A stretch of 64,000 bases of DNA, taken from the IMG/VR virus record IMGVR_UViG_3300010399_000001, positions 51,047-115,046 of that record; one strand, 5' to 3'. Position numbers and translations under genes: made by a program. The number at the start of each line of letters is the position of its first letter. Positions within the stretch are counted from its first letter, which is position 1. Under the pieces are notes generated by a model. That model was not told the DNA's origin and did no database searches. It saw only the letters and a program-made list of their open reading frames with translations. The DNA comes from a virus. Below, one piece after another: positions 26,026 through 35,910 of this stretch.

Positions 26026-29000
26026 CTAGTAGGTGGCTCGCGGGATCTGGATACCGGCAGTCGGCACTGCCTTCTGCACGAACTGCTTGTTGATCTGCTG
26101 CATGATCCAGTTGATCGAGTTAGGACCGGCGATCTGCGAGTTGGGGAACGAGAAGTTGACCTGTACGTTGCCCTGATTGCGCGCCGATGCCACCGAGGAC
26201 AGCGAGCTATTGCCGCCGCTGACCACAGGATTGATGGAGGTGGTGACGGTGCCAGTGACCTGACTGAGCTTCTTCTTCAGGGTCTCGATCTGAGAGTCGA
26301 TACCGGTGATGAAGCCCTGCATGACCAGCTGGCCGTTCTGCACCAGAAGGATCTTGTCCTTGCTGGGCGGGCCCTTCCAGCTGGTGATGGCGCTGGTGAT
26401 ATCGCTGAAGAAGCCCTGCACGTCGCCCCACATGGACTTCAGGCCGTTGATGAAGCCGGTGAGGATGTCCCGCCCGGCGTTGTAGAGCCAGGTGCCAGCA
26501 TCCTTGAAGAACCTGATGAACGTGTTCCAGAGCTCTATCAGGGCGTTCCAGACCCCACCGAGAGCATCGTTGATGCCCCTGATGAACGATCCCCAGATGT
26601 TGCTCACCAGACTGACGACGAAGTTGCCGATGGTCGAACCGATCGACTTGAGGAACGACCAGATGTTGTTCCACGCGTCCTTGAAGATCTTTTCGAAGTC
26701 ACCCCATAGCTTGCCCCACTGACCGGTCACTAGGTCGGCGAAGAACTTGAGGATGTCCTTGACGGCGTCCAGCACGGTGTTGATGGTCGTCTTGACCGCT
26801 TCCCAGACGATCTTGATGACCGCAAGGATGGCGTCCCACGCAGTCTGGAGTACGCCCATGATCACGGTAAGCGAGCCCTTGATGATCCCGTAGATGATAT
26901 CCCAGGCCATCTTGACTATTCCGGAGATCAGATCCCAGGCCACATGGAAGATGCCCTGGATGATGTCCCAGCCGCCCTTGACGTAGCCGGAGATCATAGT
27001 CATATACGACTTGAACCAACCGGCCATCAGGTTCCAGACCAGGCGTACGCCATCTTTGATCTCATCCCAGTGGCGGGCGATCAGAGCGACCAGCTTTCCA
27101 CCAGTCGCATTCCAGATGGTCGTCAGCGAGTCCCAGATCGAGGACAGATCGTCGGAGATATGCTTCCACTCATCAGTCAGAGGCTTGGATATATCTCCCC
27201 AGATACCCTTGAAGAAGTTGGCGACATCCTGCGCGCCACCCTTGATGTCCTTCCATAGCCCCTCGAAGAACGCCTTGACCTGCTTCCAGTGCATGACGAT
27301 CTCAAGAACCAGCGCGATCAGCATGCCGATCGGACCGCCGAGCAGGGCCAGTGCGCCTGCGACCATGTTGACGTGGGACTTGATGAAGTTCCACGCCTCC
27401 TCTGCGGTCTTCTTCAGCCAGCCCCAGAACTCCTCGATCCACTTCTTGACGGTGGACCAGTGGGTGATGATCAGTAGGGCTACGACGGCGATGAGGGTGA
27501 TTGCTGCGACGACCGGATTGAACTCGGTGGCCTCGGTGATCGCGGTGAAGGCGATCCACGACTCCTTCAGCAGGGTGATGACCTTCATCACCGCGATGAA
27601 CGTGGTGATCACCACGCCGATGACGCCGATGATGGCAAGGAGCGTTGCTGCCAGGGTCTTGTTATGTCCGATCCAGTTGGCGATCGGCTCCACGATCTTC
27701 ATGACCCAGTCCAGCAGCTTGGTGACCATCGGCAGCAGTGCGGTGCCGAGCTGGATTGCGGCGACGTTGGCGGAGGCCTTCAGCTCGGCGAGCTTCTGGT
27801 TCATCGTCTGCTGGATCAGAGCCCAGCCGTTCACGTCGCTACCGGTCTTCTGGGATGCGGCACCGACCTTACCGACGATCGAGTTGAGATCCTGGCCCTG
27901 ATTGGCCGTGAGCATCAGCGCGGTCTTCAGCGACGTGGAACCGCCAAGCATGGTCGATAGGGCGGCATTGAAGGTCATGGCGTCCGGATTACCGGCCTTG
28001 AGCATCTGGTTGAAGCCGTTGGCCTTATCCGCAAGCGTCATGAACTGCGTCATCACATTGCGCTGGAGCGGCGGCATCGCGTACAGATCGTTGCGGTATT
28101 CCTTCGCCGTGATCGATCCGTTCATGAAGGCGTTGGCGACCTGCTGCATGGCTGGTGTCATATCGCCGAGCATGACCTTCAGGTCCTTGGCTGCGGCCGA
28201 AGAGTTATACCAGTCTTGCAGCATGATCTTGCCGTTGTGGGTGTTGTTCGCGATGGCCTGGAGCAGGGTGTTCATCGTCCCCGTCAGGCCGTTCTTGCCG
28301 AGGTCGTTCGATAGCTTGTTGGAGTCGACGCCCATCTGCTGCATCATCTGGATGGCCTGCTGGTTGGGCTTCTGGAGCTGGCCGATCATGTGAGCCAGGT
28401 CCTGCGTGGACTGCTGAGCGCTCATGCCCTGGCGGGTCATGGTCGCGATAGCGCCACCGACCTGCTCGAAGCTAAGGCCTGCGGAGTGTGCGATCGGTAG
28501 GACGGCGGAGAGGGATGAAGAGAGATCCTGCGTGGTCATCTTTCCGTTCTGGACCACGGTGATCATCTCGTTCATGGCCTGGATAGGACCACCCTTGATC
28601 TTGTCGCCATAGTTGACCATGATCGTGGTCAGAGCATTGGCGACAGTGCCAAGGTCCGCATTTTCGGCCTTCGCGCCCTGGGCTGCGGCCTTGAGGGTGT
28701 CGTACTGCTGCGAGGTCTTAATGCCAGCCGAGCCGATCTGGTACATCGCGTTGATCAGCTGCTGCGTACTGGTGCCGGTGCTAGCGGACAGGCTCAGAAT
28801 GTCCTGTCTGGTCTTCTCGATCGTCGCCTGAGTCTGACCGCCAGAGGTCATCAGCACGGTGGTGGCAGCTTGGAAGTTCGCAGCCGACTTCACCGACTCA
28901 TAGCCGATCGCGGCGACGGCTACAGAGGTCGCCATGGCGACCTTGCCGACCTGGCTCAGGCCTATACCGGTCGCATCGCTCTCTGTGGATGCCTTCTTCT

Positions 29001-29430
29001 GGGCGTCCGCCATATATGCGGCCCGCTCTGCTACCGAGTCTTCCGCCTTGCGCACCGCATCGAGGGCGGCGACCTGATCGGCTGATGCGACCTGAACGAT
29101 CTTCGCCGCATCCGATGCGGCCTTGGCGTCGGTCATATCGGTGGCGGCTAGCGCCTCCTGGGACTGGCGCAGGGAGGTGCTGGTGATTCGCAGCCGCTCC
29201 ATCGCGGCATTCTGTTCGTCGAGAGCGGCGCGGTGGGCGTCCTCGGCTGCGATCGCCTTGAGCTGGGCGGCCTCCAGCTCATCGCCGGTAAGGACTGCGG
29301 TGCCGCCCATCTCCTTGATCTTCGCGCCGAGGTTGTCGAGGGTCTTGCCGAGACCGCCGATAAGGCCGCTGGCCTTATCCATCGCCTCGATCATCAGCAG
29401 GACCGTGATCTCCGTCCTCGTAGACGGCAT
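26026..29430 (-). CDS. Tape measure protein
   Basis: About 1134 aa, Ala-rich helical, TP901-like core, TM segments, W/F-periodic repeats. Confidence 0.93.
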   Translation of the reverse strand: MPSTRTEITVLLMIEAMDKASGLIGGLGKTLDNLGAKIKEMGGTAVLTGDELEAAQLKAIAAEDAHRAALDEQNAAMERLRITSTSLRQSQEALAATDMTDAKAASDAAKIVQVASADQVAALDAVRKAEDSVAERAAYMADAQKKASTESDATGIGLSQVGKVAMATSVAVAAIGYESVKSAANFQAATTVLMTSGGQTQATIEKTRQDILSLSASTGTSTQQLINAMYQIGSAGIKTSQQYDTLKAAAQGAKAENADLGTVANALTTIMVNYGDKIKGGPIQAMNEMITVVQNGKMTTQDLSSSLSAVLPIAHSAGLSFEQVGGAIATMTRQGMSAQQSTQDLAHMIGQLQKPNQQAIQMMQQMGVDSNKLSNDLGKNGLTGTMNTLLQAIANNTHNGKIMLQDWYNSSAAAKDLKVMLGDMTPAMQQVANAFMNGSITAKEYRNDLYAMPPLQRNVMTQFMTLADKANGFNQMLKAGNPDAMTFNAALSTMLGGSTSLKTALMLTANQGQDLNSIVGKVGAASQKTGSDVNGWALIQQTMNQKLAELKASANVAAIQLGTALLPMVTKLLDWVMKIVEPIANWIGHNKTLAATLLAIIGVIGVVITTFIAVMKVITLLKESWIAFTAITEATEFNPVVAAITLIAVVALLIITHWSTVKKWIEEFWGWLKKTAEEAWNFIKSHVNMVAGALALLGGPIGMLIALVLEIVMHWKQVKAFFEGLWKDIKGGAQDVANFFKGIWGDISKPLTDEWKHISDDLSSIWDSLTTIWNATGGKLVALIARHWDEIKDGVRLVWNLMAGWFKSYMTMISGYVKGGWDIIQGIFHVAWDLISGIVKMAWDIIYGIIKGSLTVIMGVLQTAWDAILAVIKIVWEAVKTTINTVLDAVKDILKFFADLVTGQWGKLWGDFEKIFKDAWNNIWSFLKSIGSTIGNFVVSLVSNIWGSFIRGINDALGGVWNALIELWNTFIRFFKDAGTWLYNAGRDILTGFINGLKSMWGDVQGFFSDITSAITSWKGPPSKDKILLVQNGQLVMQGFITGIDSQIETLKKKLSQVTGTVTTSINPVVSGGNSSLSSVASARNQGNVQVNFSFPNSQIAGPNSINWIMQQINKQFVQKAVPTAGIQIPRATY

Positions 29431-29704
29431 CGTGAACGCCTCCCTGCTGTCGCAGCGCCTGGAAGGCCGCCTCGGTGTCATCTATGGATTGCGACGAACC
29501 AGAGGATGATCCGCTGTTATTGAGTGCGGCCTCTATCTCCCACAGCTTCATCGCCCGCTCGAAGTCCGCATGCGTGTAAAGCGCACGAGCCTGCTCAGTA
29601 GTCAGGCCCGTGCGCGTCCACCATGCCTCTCGCATCCATAGATCCATGATCAGCGGATGGTTGGTCCGCTTCATGCGGACTGCGCTAGTCGCCCGAGCTA
29701 CGAA
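29375..29704 (-). CDS. Tail assembly chaperone, second (frameshift-extension) ORF
   Basis: Overlaps the end of the chaperone in the +1 frame; sits just before the tape measure. Confidence 0.55.
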   Translation of the reverse strand, partial: FVARATSAVRMKRTNHPLIMDLWMREAWWTRTGLTTEQARALYTHADFERAMKLWEIEAALNNSGSSSGSSQSIDDTEAAFQALRQQGGVHDAVYEDGDHGPADDRGDG

Positions 29705-30185
29705 AGTCGGCCTTGTCATCCGACCCCTTGGAGTCGTCGGCATTCTTCTCGACGCGGGTGACCAGCATGTCGTACACACCCGGCGGTAGGCGCTTGATGG
29801 AGCGGCGCTTGGCGTCCAGTGGCGCTAGCGGCAGCTTCTGATCCATCTCGTCGGTCAGATTCCAGTCGACGATGGCAAGCGCCAGAAGCTCCAGCCGGTA
29901 TGCAGCGGTATCCATGCGCACCTGGGTGCGGGTACCGGAAGTCTGCTCCTCTTCCGGCTCGACCGGAAGGCCGAGCATCTGGCGCTTCGCGCGCTCCTTG
30001 GCGGCGCGAACGGCGCTTGCATCATCGTTCGCCATTGCGGTCATCTGGAGCTTCTTGCCCTCGGCGATGTCTAGCTCGGCCCCTGAGAGCGTCTTCTTGA
30101 TGTCAACCCACCAGTGCCCATCCGGGTCTGCGGGTTCGGTGATGTCGATGCGGACCGTGCCGCCGTAGAGCGAGAGAAAGCCCAT
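29685..30185 (-). CDS. Tail assembly chaperone
   Basis: Between tail tube and tape measure; AIVDWNLTDE...LP motif. Confidence 0.78.
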   Translation of the reverse strand: MGFLSLYGGTVRIDITEPADPDGHWWVDIKKTLSGAELDIAEGKKLQMTAMANDDASAVRAAKERAKRQMLGLPVEPEEEQTSGTRTQVRMDTAAYRLELLALAIVDWNLTDEMDQKLPLAPLDAKRRSIKRLPPGVYDMLVTRVEKNADDSKGSDDKADFRSSGD

Positions 30186-30194
30186 GAGCGATCC

Positions 30195-31415
30195 TTACAG
30201 GGGAAGGTAAGACTGGTTGATGATGGTGGCGGAGATGGTCTGGAGAGTCGCGAGGTTCAGGAACACCTCGTACTCCAGGGAGGTCATGATCACGTCTTCG
30301 AACTTCACCGAGTCGGCAGCCTTCTTCAGCAGCACCTTCGGCATCGTGAACGACACGGAACCGCCCGATGCCGGATGGGTGAGGCTGAGGGTCAGAGTGC
30401 CGCTGGTGCCAGCGACCATCTGGTTGAAGTAGCCCCAGGTCGCATCGTCAAGCGAGGTGAAGACCACATCGATCTTGCCGGAGACGTGCCGGGTGACCGG
30501 AGTCAGGAAGTTGAGATTGTGCGTGGTGTTCATCGTGTACGTCGACTTCAGGCCGTTGTCGATATCCAGGGTGAAGCTGGAGGCCTGGAGGACGTTCTGG
30601 CCGAACAGGGAGACGGACGCCTCGGCGAAGACGAACGGCGATTCGTTGGTGATCGTGATCGCGGAGGGGGAGGCCAGAACTGCGACCGACTTGGCCACCG
30701 CGTCCACCGACATGGTGGCTTCGGCATCCGTGGATGTAGCGGCGATCGACAGCTTGCCCACGCGGGAACCGGCGAACTGGAGCGACTCGAAGGAGCCAAG
30801 GTTCTTCTCGATCGTGAACGAGGAGAGCTGGTTGGCCTGCTGCACCGAGTGCGTATACGGAGCGACGACTCCGATCACATTCACACCGGAGGCATGGTTG
30901 TAGCTTATGGCGGAGTCGATGGTGAGCGTATTGGTGACGATGTTGGTGATCTTGCGGCACTCGGCCGTCGTCGGACCGACAGTGTTGTTCACGTCGATCT
31001 GGATGACCTGCCCCTGAGTGAAGCCAGCGGCGGAGGTGACATTCACCGTGGTGGTACCTGCGGTCAGGGTGCCGGAGGTGGTGGTGGAACCGGTACCGAC
31101 CGTCCCGATCACGCCGAAAGACGCCTGCGCGTCCGGACCGATAGCGCCAGGGATGAACAGAGCACCGTTGGTCGGGAACAGGGCGGCCGCCAGACCGCCG
31201 GAGTTCTTGTACTGGCCGAACAGCGGGAAGGTATTGACATCCCTCTGGCCGAACATGACCTTCGGGCTGAACAGTCCAGGGTCCAGCTGAAGCTCGTTGC
31301 CCGTCATGGGCAGGAAGGTTGTAGGCACTACGGGAGTACCGAAGGTGGTAGCCCCCTCACGGGCGGCACCGGTAGCGGACAGGGACCCGTACCGCTCAAC
31401 AACGGCAGTAGTCAC
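30195..31415 (-). CDS. Major tail (tube) protein
   Basis: E.TTFGTP...FLP, SFTIEK...F.G..V.KL, ..IDN.L, R.VSG; internal Ig-like insert. Confidence 0.85.
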   Translation of the reverse strand: MTTAVVERYGSLSATGAAREGATTFGTPVVPTTFLPMTGNELQLDPGLFSPKVMFGQRDVNTFPLFGQYKNSGGLAAALFPTNGALFIPGAIGPDAQASFGVIGTVGTGSTTTSGTLTAGTTTVNVTSAAGFTQGQVIQIDVNNTVGPTTAECRKITNIVTNTLTIDSAISYNHASGVNVIGVVAPYTHSVQQANQLSSFTIEKNLGSFESLQFAGSRVGKLSIAATSTDAEATMSVDAVAKSVAVLASPSAITITNESPFVFAEASVSLFGQNVLQASSFTLDIDNGLKSTYTMNTTHNLNFLTPVTRHVSGKIDVVFTSLDDATWGYFNQMVAGTSGTLTLSLTHPASGGSVSFTMPKVLLKKAADSVKFEDVIMTSLEYEVFLNLATLQTISATIINQSYLPL

Positions 31416-31438
31416 ACAGCTCCTATGGGGTTAAGCGA

Positions 31439-31777
31439 TCACGGGTGGCGAATCGCGTCCTGGTCGACAGGTTCGCCGGCATAACTGACGAATCGTCCAG
31501 TACGCAGAAGAGACTCGACGAGATAGTCGGGAGCAGCGACGATTTCGCCCGCGTGCAGCTCGCCGAACGGCGCAATTACCAGATCGTCACCCCGGTACGC
31601 CAGCAGAGTGCGCGGCCCCTGCTCGCTGGGCATTTCCAGCGAGATCTCGGGTGCCTCGGGAGCGCTCGGAGCGGCCTCCTGAGCGCTTTCGATCATGCCT
31701 TCGGCATCCGCGCTAGCTGCGGGTGCCTCGGGCAGCTCAGCATCGCTCTGCGCGCTTTGCTTACGGGTGGCGGGCAT
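31439..31777 (-). CDS. Hypothetical virion-module protein
   Basis: In the operon, coupled to neighbours. Confidence 0.55.
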   Translation of the reverse strand: MPATRKQSAQSDAELPEAPAASADAEGMIESAQEAAPSAPEAPEISLEMPSEQGPRTLLAYRGDDLVIAPFGELHAGEIVAAPDYLVESLLRTGRFVSYAGEPVDQDAIRHP

Positions 31778-31779
31778 CG

Positions 31780-32247
31780 TCAGATCCTCTCGAACAGCGC
31801 AGCGAACGACGAGGAGATCATGGGGAGCATCTTCTCCATCGCCTTCTGGTGGAAGGGGTTGGCGTGCGCGCCCTTATGGAAGGTGTGATTGCGGAAGATC
31901 ATCGTTCCGCTCGCGTCCGGGAAGTGCAGCGCCAGACCGTTGGTCGGGGTGATCGCGTGCGGCCTGGTGCCTTCGATCACATACTTCGCAGCCGGATCGG
32001 TGCTGTGGAAGGTCAGAACAACTCCGCCGACAGAGGTGCGGCGCTGATAGTTGATCGAACCTTGCAGGCGGCCGGAACCTTGACGGCCCCGCTTGTCCAC
32101 GGGAGCCTGAGACTTGAGTTCATGCTCCATGGCCAGGCCCACCTTGTCGGCCCAGGAGACCATTCGCAGGGTGGCGTTGAACCTTTCCATGCGCGACGCA
32201 GCACCGGAGTCGCCGCCCATTCCGAAGGACAGCAGCGGATTGGCCAT
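31780..32247 (-). CDS. HK97 gp10-like neck protein
   Basis: APV....GRLQGSI, AKYVIEGTRPH.I.P....ALHF, H.GA.ANPF. Confidence 0.75.
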   Translation of the reverse strand: MANPLLSFGMGGDSGAASRMERFNATLRMVSWADKVGLAMEHELKSQAPVDKRGRQGSGRLQGSINYQRRTSVGGVVLTFHSTDPAAKYVIEGTRPHAITPTNGLALHFPDASGTMIFRNHTFHKGAHANPFHQKAMEKMLPMISSSFAALFERI

Positions 32248-32255
32248 GGGTTCTC

Positions 32256-32756
32256 CTATGCCTGGATGATTTCCTTCACATCGACCGTGAGCCTGGCGGT
32301 GTAGCGCAGCATGCGCTGGTCCTCCAGTGAGTGAACGGGGGCATAGTCCCAGCTCATAGTCTCGCCGATCATCTCCACCGTGGACTTCATGCCGGTGACC
32401 GGATCGATGATGGGTACCTGCATTTGTGTGTCTCGCAGAATCGCCATGACCGAATCGATGACGGCTGGAAACGACGAGTCCACAGCCTCATCATCCGCAT
32501 AGGCGCAGAAGATCAGCCACAGATCGATCGTGTGCTCGATCCACTTGAAGCCGCCGGAAGAGTAGTTGCCTGGCGCGTGGCGAGGCATGCTCTGGCGCTT
32601 CTCATGGGCCACCGATCCCCAGATGTAAACGGTCGGATCGATGCCCTCGCCGGGATCTGGCGGAGTGATGAAGGCTTGAAGGGTGCCCAGTCCCAGCGGG
32701 AGCTGGGCACCGTCCAGGAGGCCCTTTACGTAGGTCTGAATGCTGGCAAGCGGCAT
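32256..32756 (-). CDS. Putative tail terminator / head-tail joining protein
   Basis: Position and size. Confidence 0.5.
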   Translation of the reverse strand: MPLASIQTYVKGLLDGAQLPLGLGTLQAFITPPDPGEGIDPTVYIWGSVAHEKRQSMPRHAPGNYSSGGFKWIEHTIDLWLIFCAYADDEAVDSSFPAVIDSVMAILRDTQMQVPIIDPVTGMKSTVEMIGETMSWDYAPVHSLEDQRMLRYTARLTVDVKEIIQA

Positions 32757-33724
32757 TAGACGACCCTCCGGTACGGATGCAGTATCTCCCTGGCGGCCTC
32801 GATGAACTGCTTGGAGCTTGCACCGGGGCCGACAGAGGTACCGGGCACGGCTTGAACTGTGGTGGCGGTAGCACCTCGGGTCAGAGCCTGCGCCACCGCG
32901 TAGAGGATGACCGCCTGCTGGATCGAGCCGGGGATGGTGGAGACCATCGTGCCGTAGCCGTGCGCATAGCTAAGCGCCCTGCTCAGGGTCAGAATGCCTG
33001 GACCCGAGATCGCGGACGACGCAGTGCAGGTGATCGTCTCCTGCTGACCGCCGTCGTATATCACCCCGGTCGCACCTGTGATGCTCGTGCCGGTGGGAGC
33101 CCATCCGGTGCAGTCATCGATCTGTATCGTGCTGGAGCCAGCCGATACCGGGGCGGTGAGCGACCCGTGCGGCCAGCCGTTCACGTAGGTGATCTGGAGG
33201 TCGTACGCATTGCGGCCGAATCCCCAATTGGCGATACCAGGAGCCATCACCACCGTCTGACCGCCATCGCCGGAGCCACCGGGGGAGGTGGTGCCATACA
33301 CCCCGATAACCGGCTGGTATACGCGGAACTGATTGGCGTTGATCGTAGTCCACTGCGCCGGGAAGGCGGTTGCGGGAGTGATCTGGCCGCCGAGCACCGA
33401 GACGATCGGAGAGCGCGAGAGCAGCAGCCATGCTCGCTGGTTACCGTTCTGGAGCTGAAAGCGGAAGTCTCCCGGACCGGTGAGCTGCTCGGTATCGATG
33501 GTCGCATGGATGGGCTGATTGAGGTATCCGGCCGCCATGGATGACGCGCGCTTGCAGATGTTCAGCTGCTCGGAGTACTGCTGCTCCACCGTGGGGCGGG
33601 AGTTACCCGGACCGCCGACAGTGGACCACTGGATTCCGGTTGCGGCCGACAGCAGGATCTCAGGGGTGATATACGGAGTGCCAGGTCCGATTACCGGCAC
33701 ATCCTCCGGCGAATAGACCGGCAT
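32756..33724 (-). CDS. Head-to-tail adaptor
   Basis: YIT.E, RAS....YL.QP, ITY..G, IP.SIQQAVI. Confidence 0.65.
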   Translation of the reverse strand: MPVYSPEDVPVIGPGTPYITPEILLSAATGIQWSTVGGPGNSRPTVEQQYSEQLNICKRASSMAAGYLNQPIHATIDTEQLTGPGDFRFQLQNGNQRAWLLLSRSPIVSVLGGQITPATAFPAQWTTINANQFRVYQPVIGVYGTTSPGGSGDGGQTVVMAPGIANWGFGRNAYDLQITYVNGWPHGSLTAPVSAGSSTIQIDDCTGWAPTGTSITGATGVIYDGGQQETITCTASSAISGPGILTLSRALSYAHGYGTMVSTIPGSIQQAVILYAVAQALTRGATATTVQAVPGTSVGPGASSKQFIEAAREILHPYRRVV

Positions 33725-33727
33725 GAC

Positions 33728-33907
33728 CTACCCCTTTCGCGCGCACCTGGTGCAGATCTCGGCTCCGGCCTCGCTGTCCCACACCTTGTGTCTAAGGCAT
33801 ACGGGGGACAGGCAGCGGTGGCAGTATCCGGCGATGGCTGCCCGGCGGCCCGCGCGTCCCCGCTTAGGGCCTCCGCAGAGGGCGCACACGCCGCCGGGAC
33901 GGCCCAT
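33728..33907 (-). CDS. Small zinc-finger protein (59 aa, below the track cutoff)
   Basis: MGRPGGVCALCGG...YCHRCLSPVCLRH...ICTRC; TAATG coupling. Confidence 0.6.
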   Translation of the reverse strand: MGRPGGVCALCGGPKRGRAGRRAAIAGYCHRCLSPVCLRHKVWDSEAGAEICTRCARKG

Positions 33908-34407
33908 TACGACTGCTTCCGAGGGCGACCCGGAGAACGCTTGATCGGAGTCTGCGGCTTGTCACCATCATCTGCCGTTGCATCCGAGGCGAGACCGGCC
34001 CGCTTGAGCAGGGCGGCGAGCTGATCCTGCGGCAGATCGTCGAGGGCGGCCAGAACATCCTCCGTGGCCACCTCGACCTTCTGCGCCTTCTGCTCGACCC
34101 TGGGCTTGTCGACCATAACCAGCTCGGCGATCTTCTCGCCGATAGCCTTGGCCGCGAGGGACTGGGCCGTAAGACCGGTAGCCTTGGCCTCTTCCAGCGC
34201 TGCATTCTCATCCACCGTGAGCTTCACTCCGTGCGGAGTGCCAGCCCAGCCCAGCGATGGGATGTCCAGCAGAGCAATGGCGCACATCGGGCAACTGATG
34301 CCCCTGCCGCCAGTGTCGGCCTCGATGACCTTGTGGCTATCACCACAGCCGCCAGAGACGGTGATGCTCTGCACGTCGGTAGGTGCGTACGCGGCAAGAC
34401 TTGCCAT
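33907..34407 (-). CDS. Hypothetical protein (Cys motifs, C-terminal AT-hook-like PGRPRK)
   Basis: GC..SH, CPMC; start reassigned to MASLAAY. Confidence 0.6.
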   Translation of the reverse strand: MASLAAYAPTDVQSITVSGGCGDSHKVIEADTGGRGISCPMCAIALLDIPSLGWAGTPHGVKLTVDENAALEEAKATGLTAQSLAAKAIGEKIAELVMVDKPRVEQKAQKVEVATEDVLAALDDLPQDQLAALLKRAGLASDATADDGDKPQTPIKRSPGRPRKQS

Positions 34408-34685
34408 TAACTTTCTCCTTCGATGGTTGGCTCGCCGCAACGCGGACAAGTCACGCTCCATGCATTCCAGGCACGCTTACACGGGGTACACAGCTTGGTC
34501 TTCTTCGTTCCGAAGGAGAGGGACTGGGAGTCCGCCATGACGCCGCTCTGTCCATACCAGCTCGTCTTCAGATACTTGGCATGCTCGCTGGACATCTCCA
34601 CGCGGCCTGTACCGTCCGCGTTGTACTTGGTGCCATCGGCCATATCGAGGCCGGAGCAGCCCGAGGGGAGCGTGACCTTTGCCAT
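34407..34685 (-). CDS. Zinc-ribbon hypothetical protein
   Basis: CTPC...CPRCG. Confidence 0.65.
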   Translation of the reverse strand: MAKVTLPSGCSGLDMADGTKYNADGTGRVEMSSEHAKYLKTSWYGQSGVMADSQSLSFGTKKTKLCTPCKRAWNAWSVTCPRCGEPTIEGES

Positions 34686-34695
34686 ACGCGGCCTT

Positions 34696-34974
34696 TCAGG
34701 TCTGGAGCACGGATACGACGCTGCTGGTTGCGCAGACGGCGTAGATGGAGTCCCCAGGGAACAGGGGGACGGTGAAGTACGTGGTCGCGGAGGTGGCGAC
34801 GGCTAGGCCATTGGTGGTCGAGACGTTCGCTCCGCCGAGATAAACCGTCGCGCCAGTGTTGTTGATCACCACCGAGCCCACCTGGCCGTAGCCAGGGGAG
34901 CCGGTGGTGGGTGGCGCGGAAGCGATCAGTACGGCGGTGGTGGTCACCGTGTACTGCGCAGATCCGGCAGCCAT
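34696..34974 (-). CDS. Small beta-rich virion protein
   Basis: N.GATVYLGG.NV...NG; head module. Confidence 0.6.
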   Translation of the reverse strand: MAAGSAQYTVTTTAVLIASAPPTTGSPGYGQVGSVVINNTGATVYLGGANVSTTNGLAVATSATTYFTVPLFPGDSIYAVCATSSVVSVLQT

Positions 34975-34976
34975 GA

Positions 34977-35504
34977 TCAGCCCACGCGACGGCAGATGAT
35001 CTGCGCGTTATACGACGAGGATGCGGTCGCGCTGGCGATCGCCTTGATGTTCACCGTGTCCGCGCCGGAGAGGTTGAGAACGACCGGACCGAAGGACCAG
35101 CCGACAGTTGAGCCAGTGGTGCCGGGCACCGCGATCTGAAGCACCTGGCGTGAGGTGCCGGTCTGATGCAGGCCCATGTTGTTCGAATCGGTAGCGGCGA
35201 CCGTAGTGCCGGTGATGGCGATAGAGCCCTCGACCTCCCACAGCCCTGCGGTACCGGGAGTGCACGTGGCTACAACGGTGCCAGCGGTAGGGGCCGCCTG
35301 AATACCGGTCGCCTGAACCGTGACGACGGAATCGCGGAAGTTGGCGGTCTGAAGGTTGGCGACGCCACCGGAGGCTAGAGATGTCGCATAGGCATTACCG
35401 GACGGGTCTGCCGGAGTCTCGATCTGCTCGGTGATGCCGGATGCGGGCTGGGCATAACCGCCGGGGACCGGAGTGCCCTGCTGACTGAAGTTCGGATTGG
35501 GCAT
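34977..35504 (-). CDS. Putative capsid decoration / virion protein
   Basis: T/A/G/S-rich beta protein downstream of the capsid gene, strong RBS. Confidence 0.55.
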   Translation of the reverse strand: MPNPNFSQQGTPVPGGYAQPASGITEQIETPADPSGNAYATSLASGGVANLQTANFRDSVVTVQATGIQAAPTAGTVVATCTPGTAGLWEVEGSIAITGTTVAATDSNNMGLHQTGTSRQVLQIAVPGTTGSTVGWSFGPVVLNLSGADTVNIKAIASATASSSYNAQIICRRVG

Positions 35505-35520
35505 GGTCTCTCCTTAAAGG

Positions 35521-35548
35521 GGAAAGCCGCCCCGAAGGGCGGCTTTCC
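35521..35548 (-). terminator. Hairpin (cUUCGg loop) downstream of capsid-associated genes
   Basis: ggaaagccgcc-ccgaag-ggcggctttcc. Confidence 0.7.
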
Positions 35549-35550
35549 AA

Positions 35551-35859
35551 CTACGACAGGGTGATCTCAGTGAAACACTGGATGTTGGTCACCGGGGCGT
35601 TGAGAGAGGCCTTCAGGTTCACCAGCTCGGCAGCAACGAAGTCGCGAACCAGCTCGCGGGCGATCTTGATGCCCGACTCGGGCCACGAGATCGTGACGGC
35701 TGCGCTTGAAGCCGTAGCGGTGGCTGCGGTCAGAGATACGGCCGGAAAGACTGCACCGTTGAAGGCTGCGGCGATCAGAGTCGCATCACCGTTGGTGTTA
35801 CCCGGCGCGTTCAGGGTGACGTAGGTGTAGTAGGTAAGCGTACCGGCAGGAGCCGCCAC
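35551..35859 (-). CDS. Small virion protein
   Basis: Follows the capsid gene; GAGGAG RBS. Confidence 0.6.
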   Translation of the reverse strand: MAAPAGTLTYYTYVTLNAPGNTNGDATLIAAAFNGAVFPAVSLTAATATASSAAVTISWPESGIKIARELVRDFVAAELVNLKASLNAPVTNIQCFTEITLS

Positions 35860-35880
35860 ACAGTCTCCTCACGTGAGGGA

Positions 35881-35904
35881 GGGGGGCGCTTGATAGCGCC
35901 CCCC
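35881..35904 (-). terminator. Hairpin after the major capsid gene
   Basis: ggggggcgct-tgat-agcgcccccc. Confidence 0.6.
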
Positions 35905-35910
35905 AGCCGA

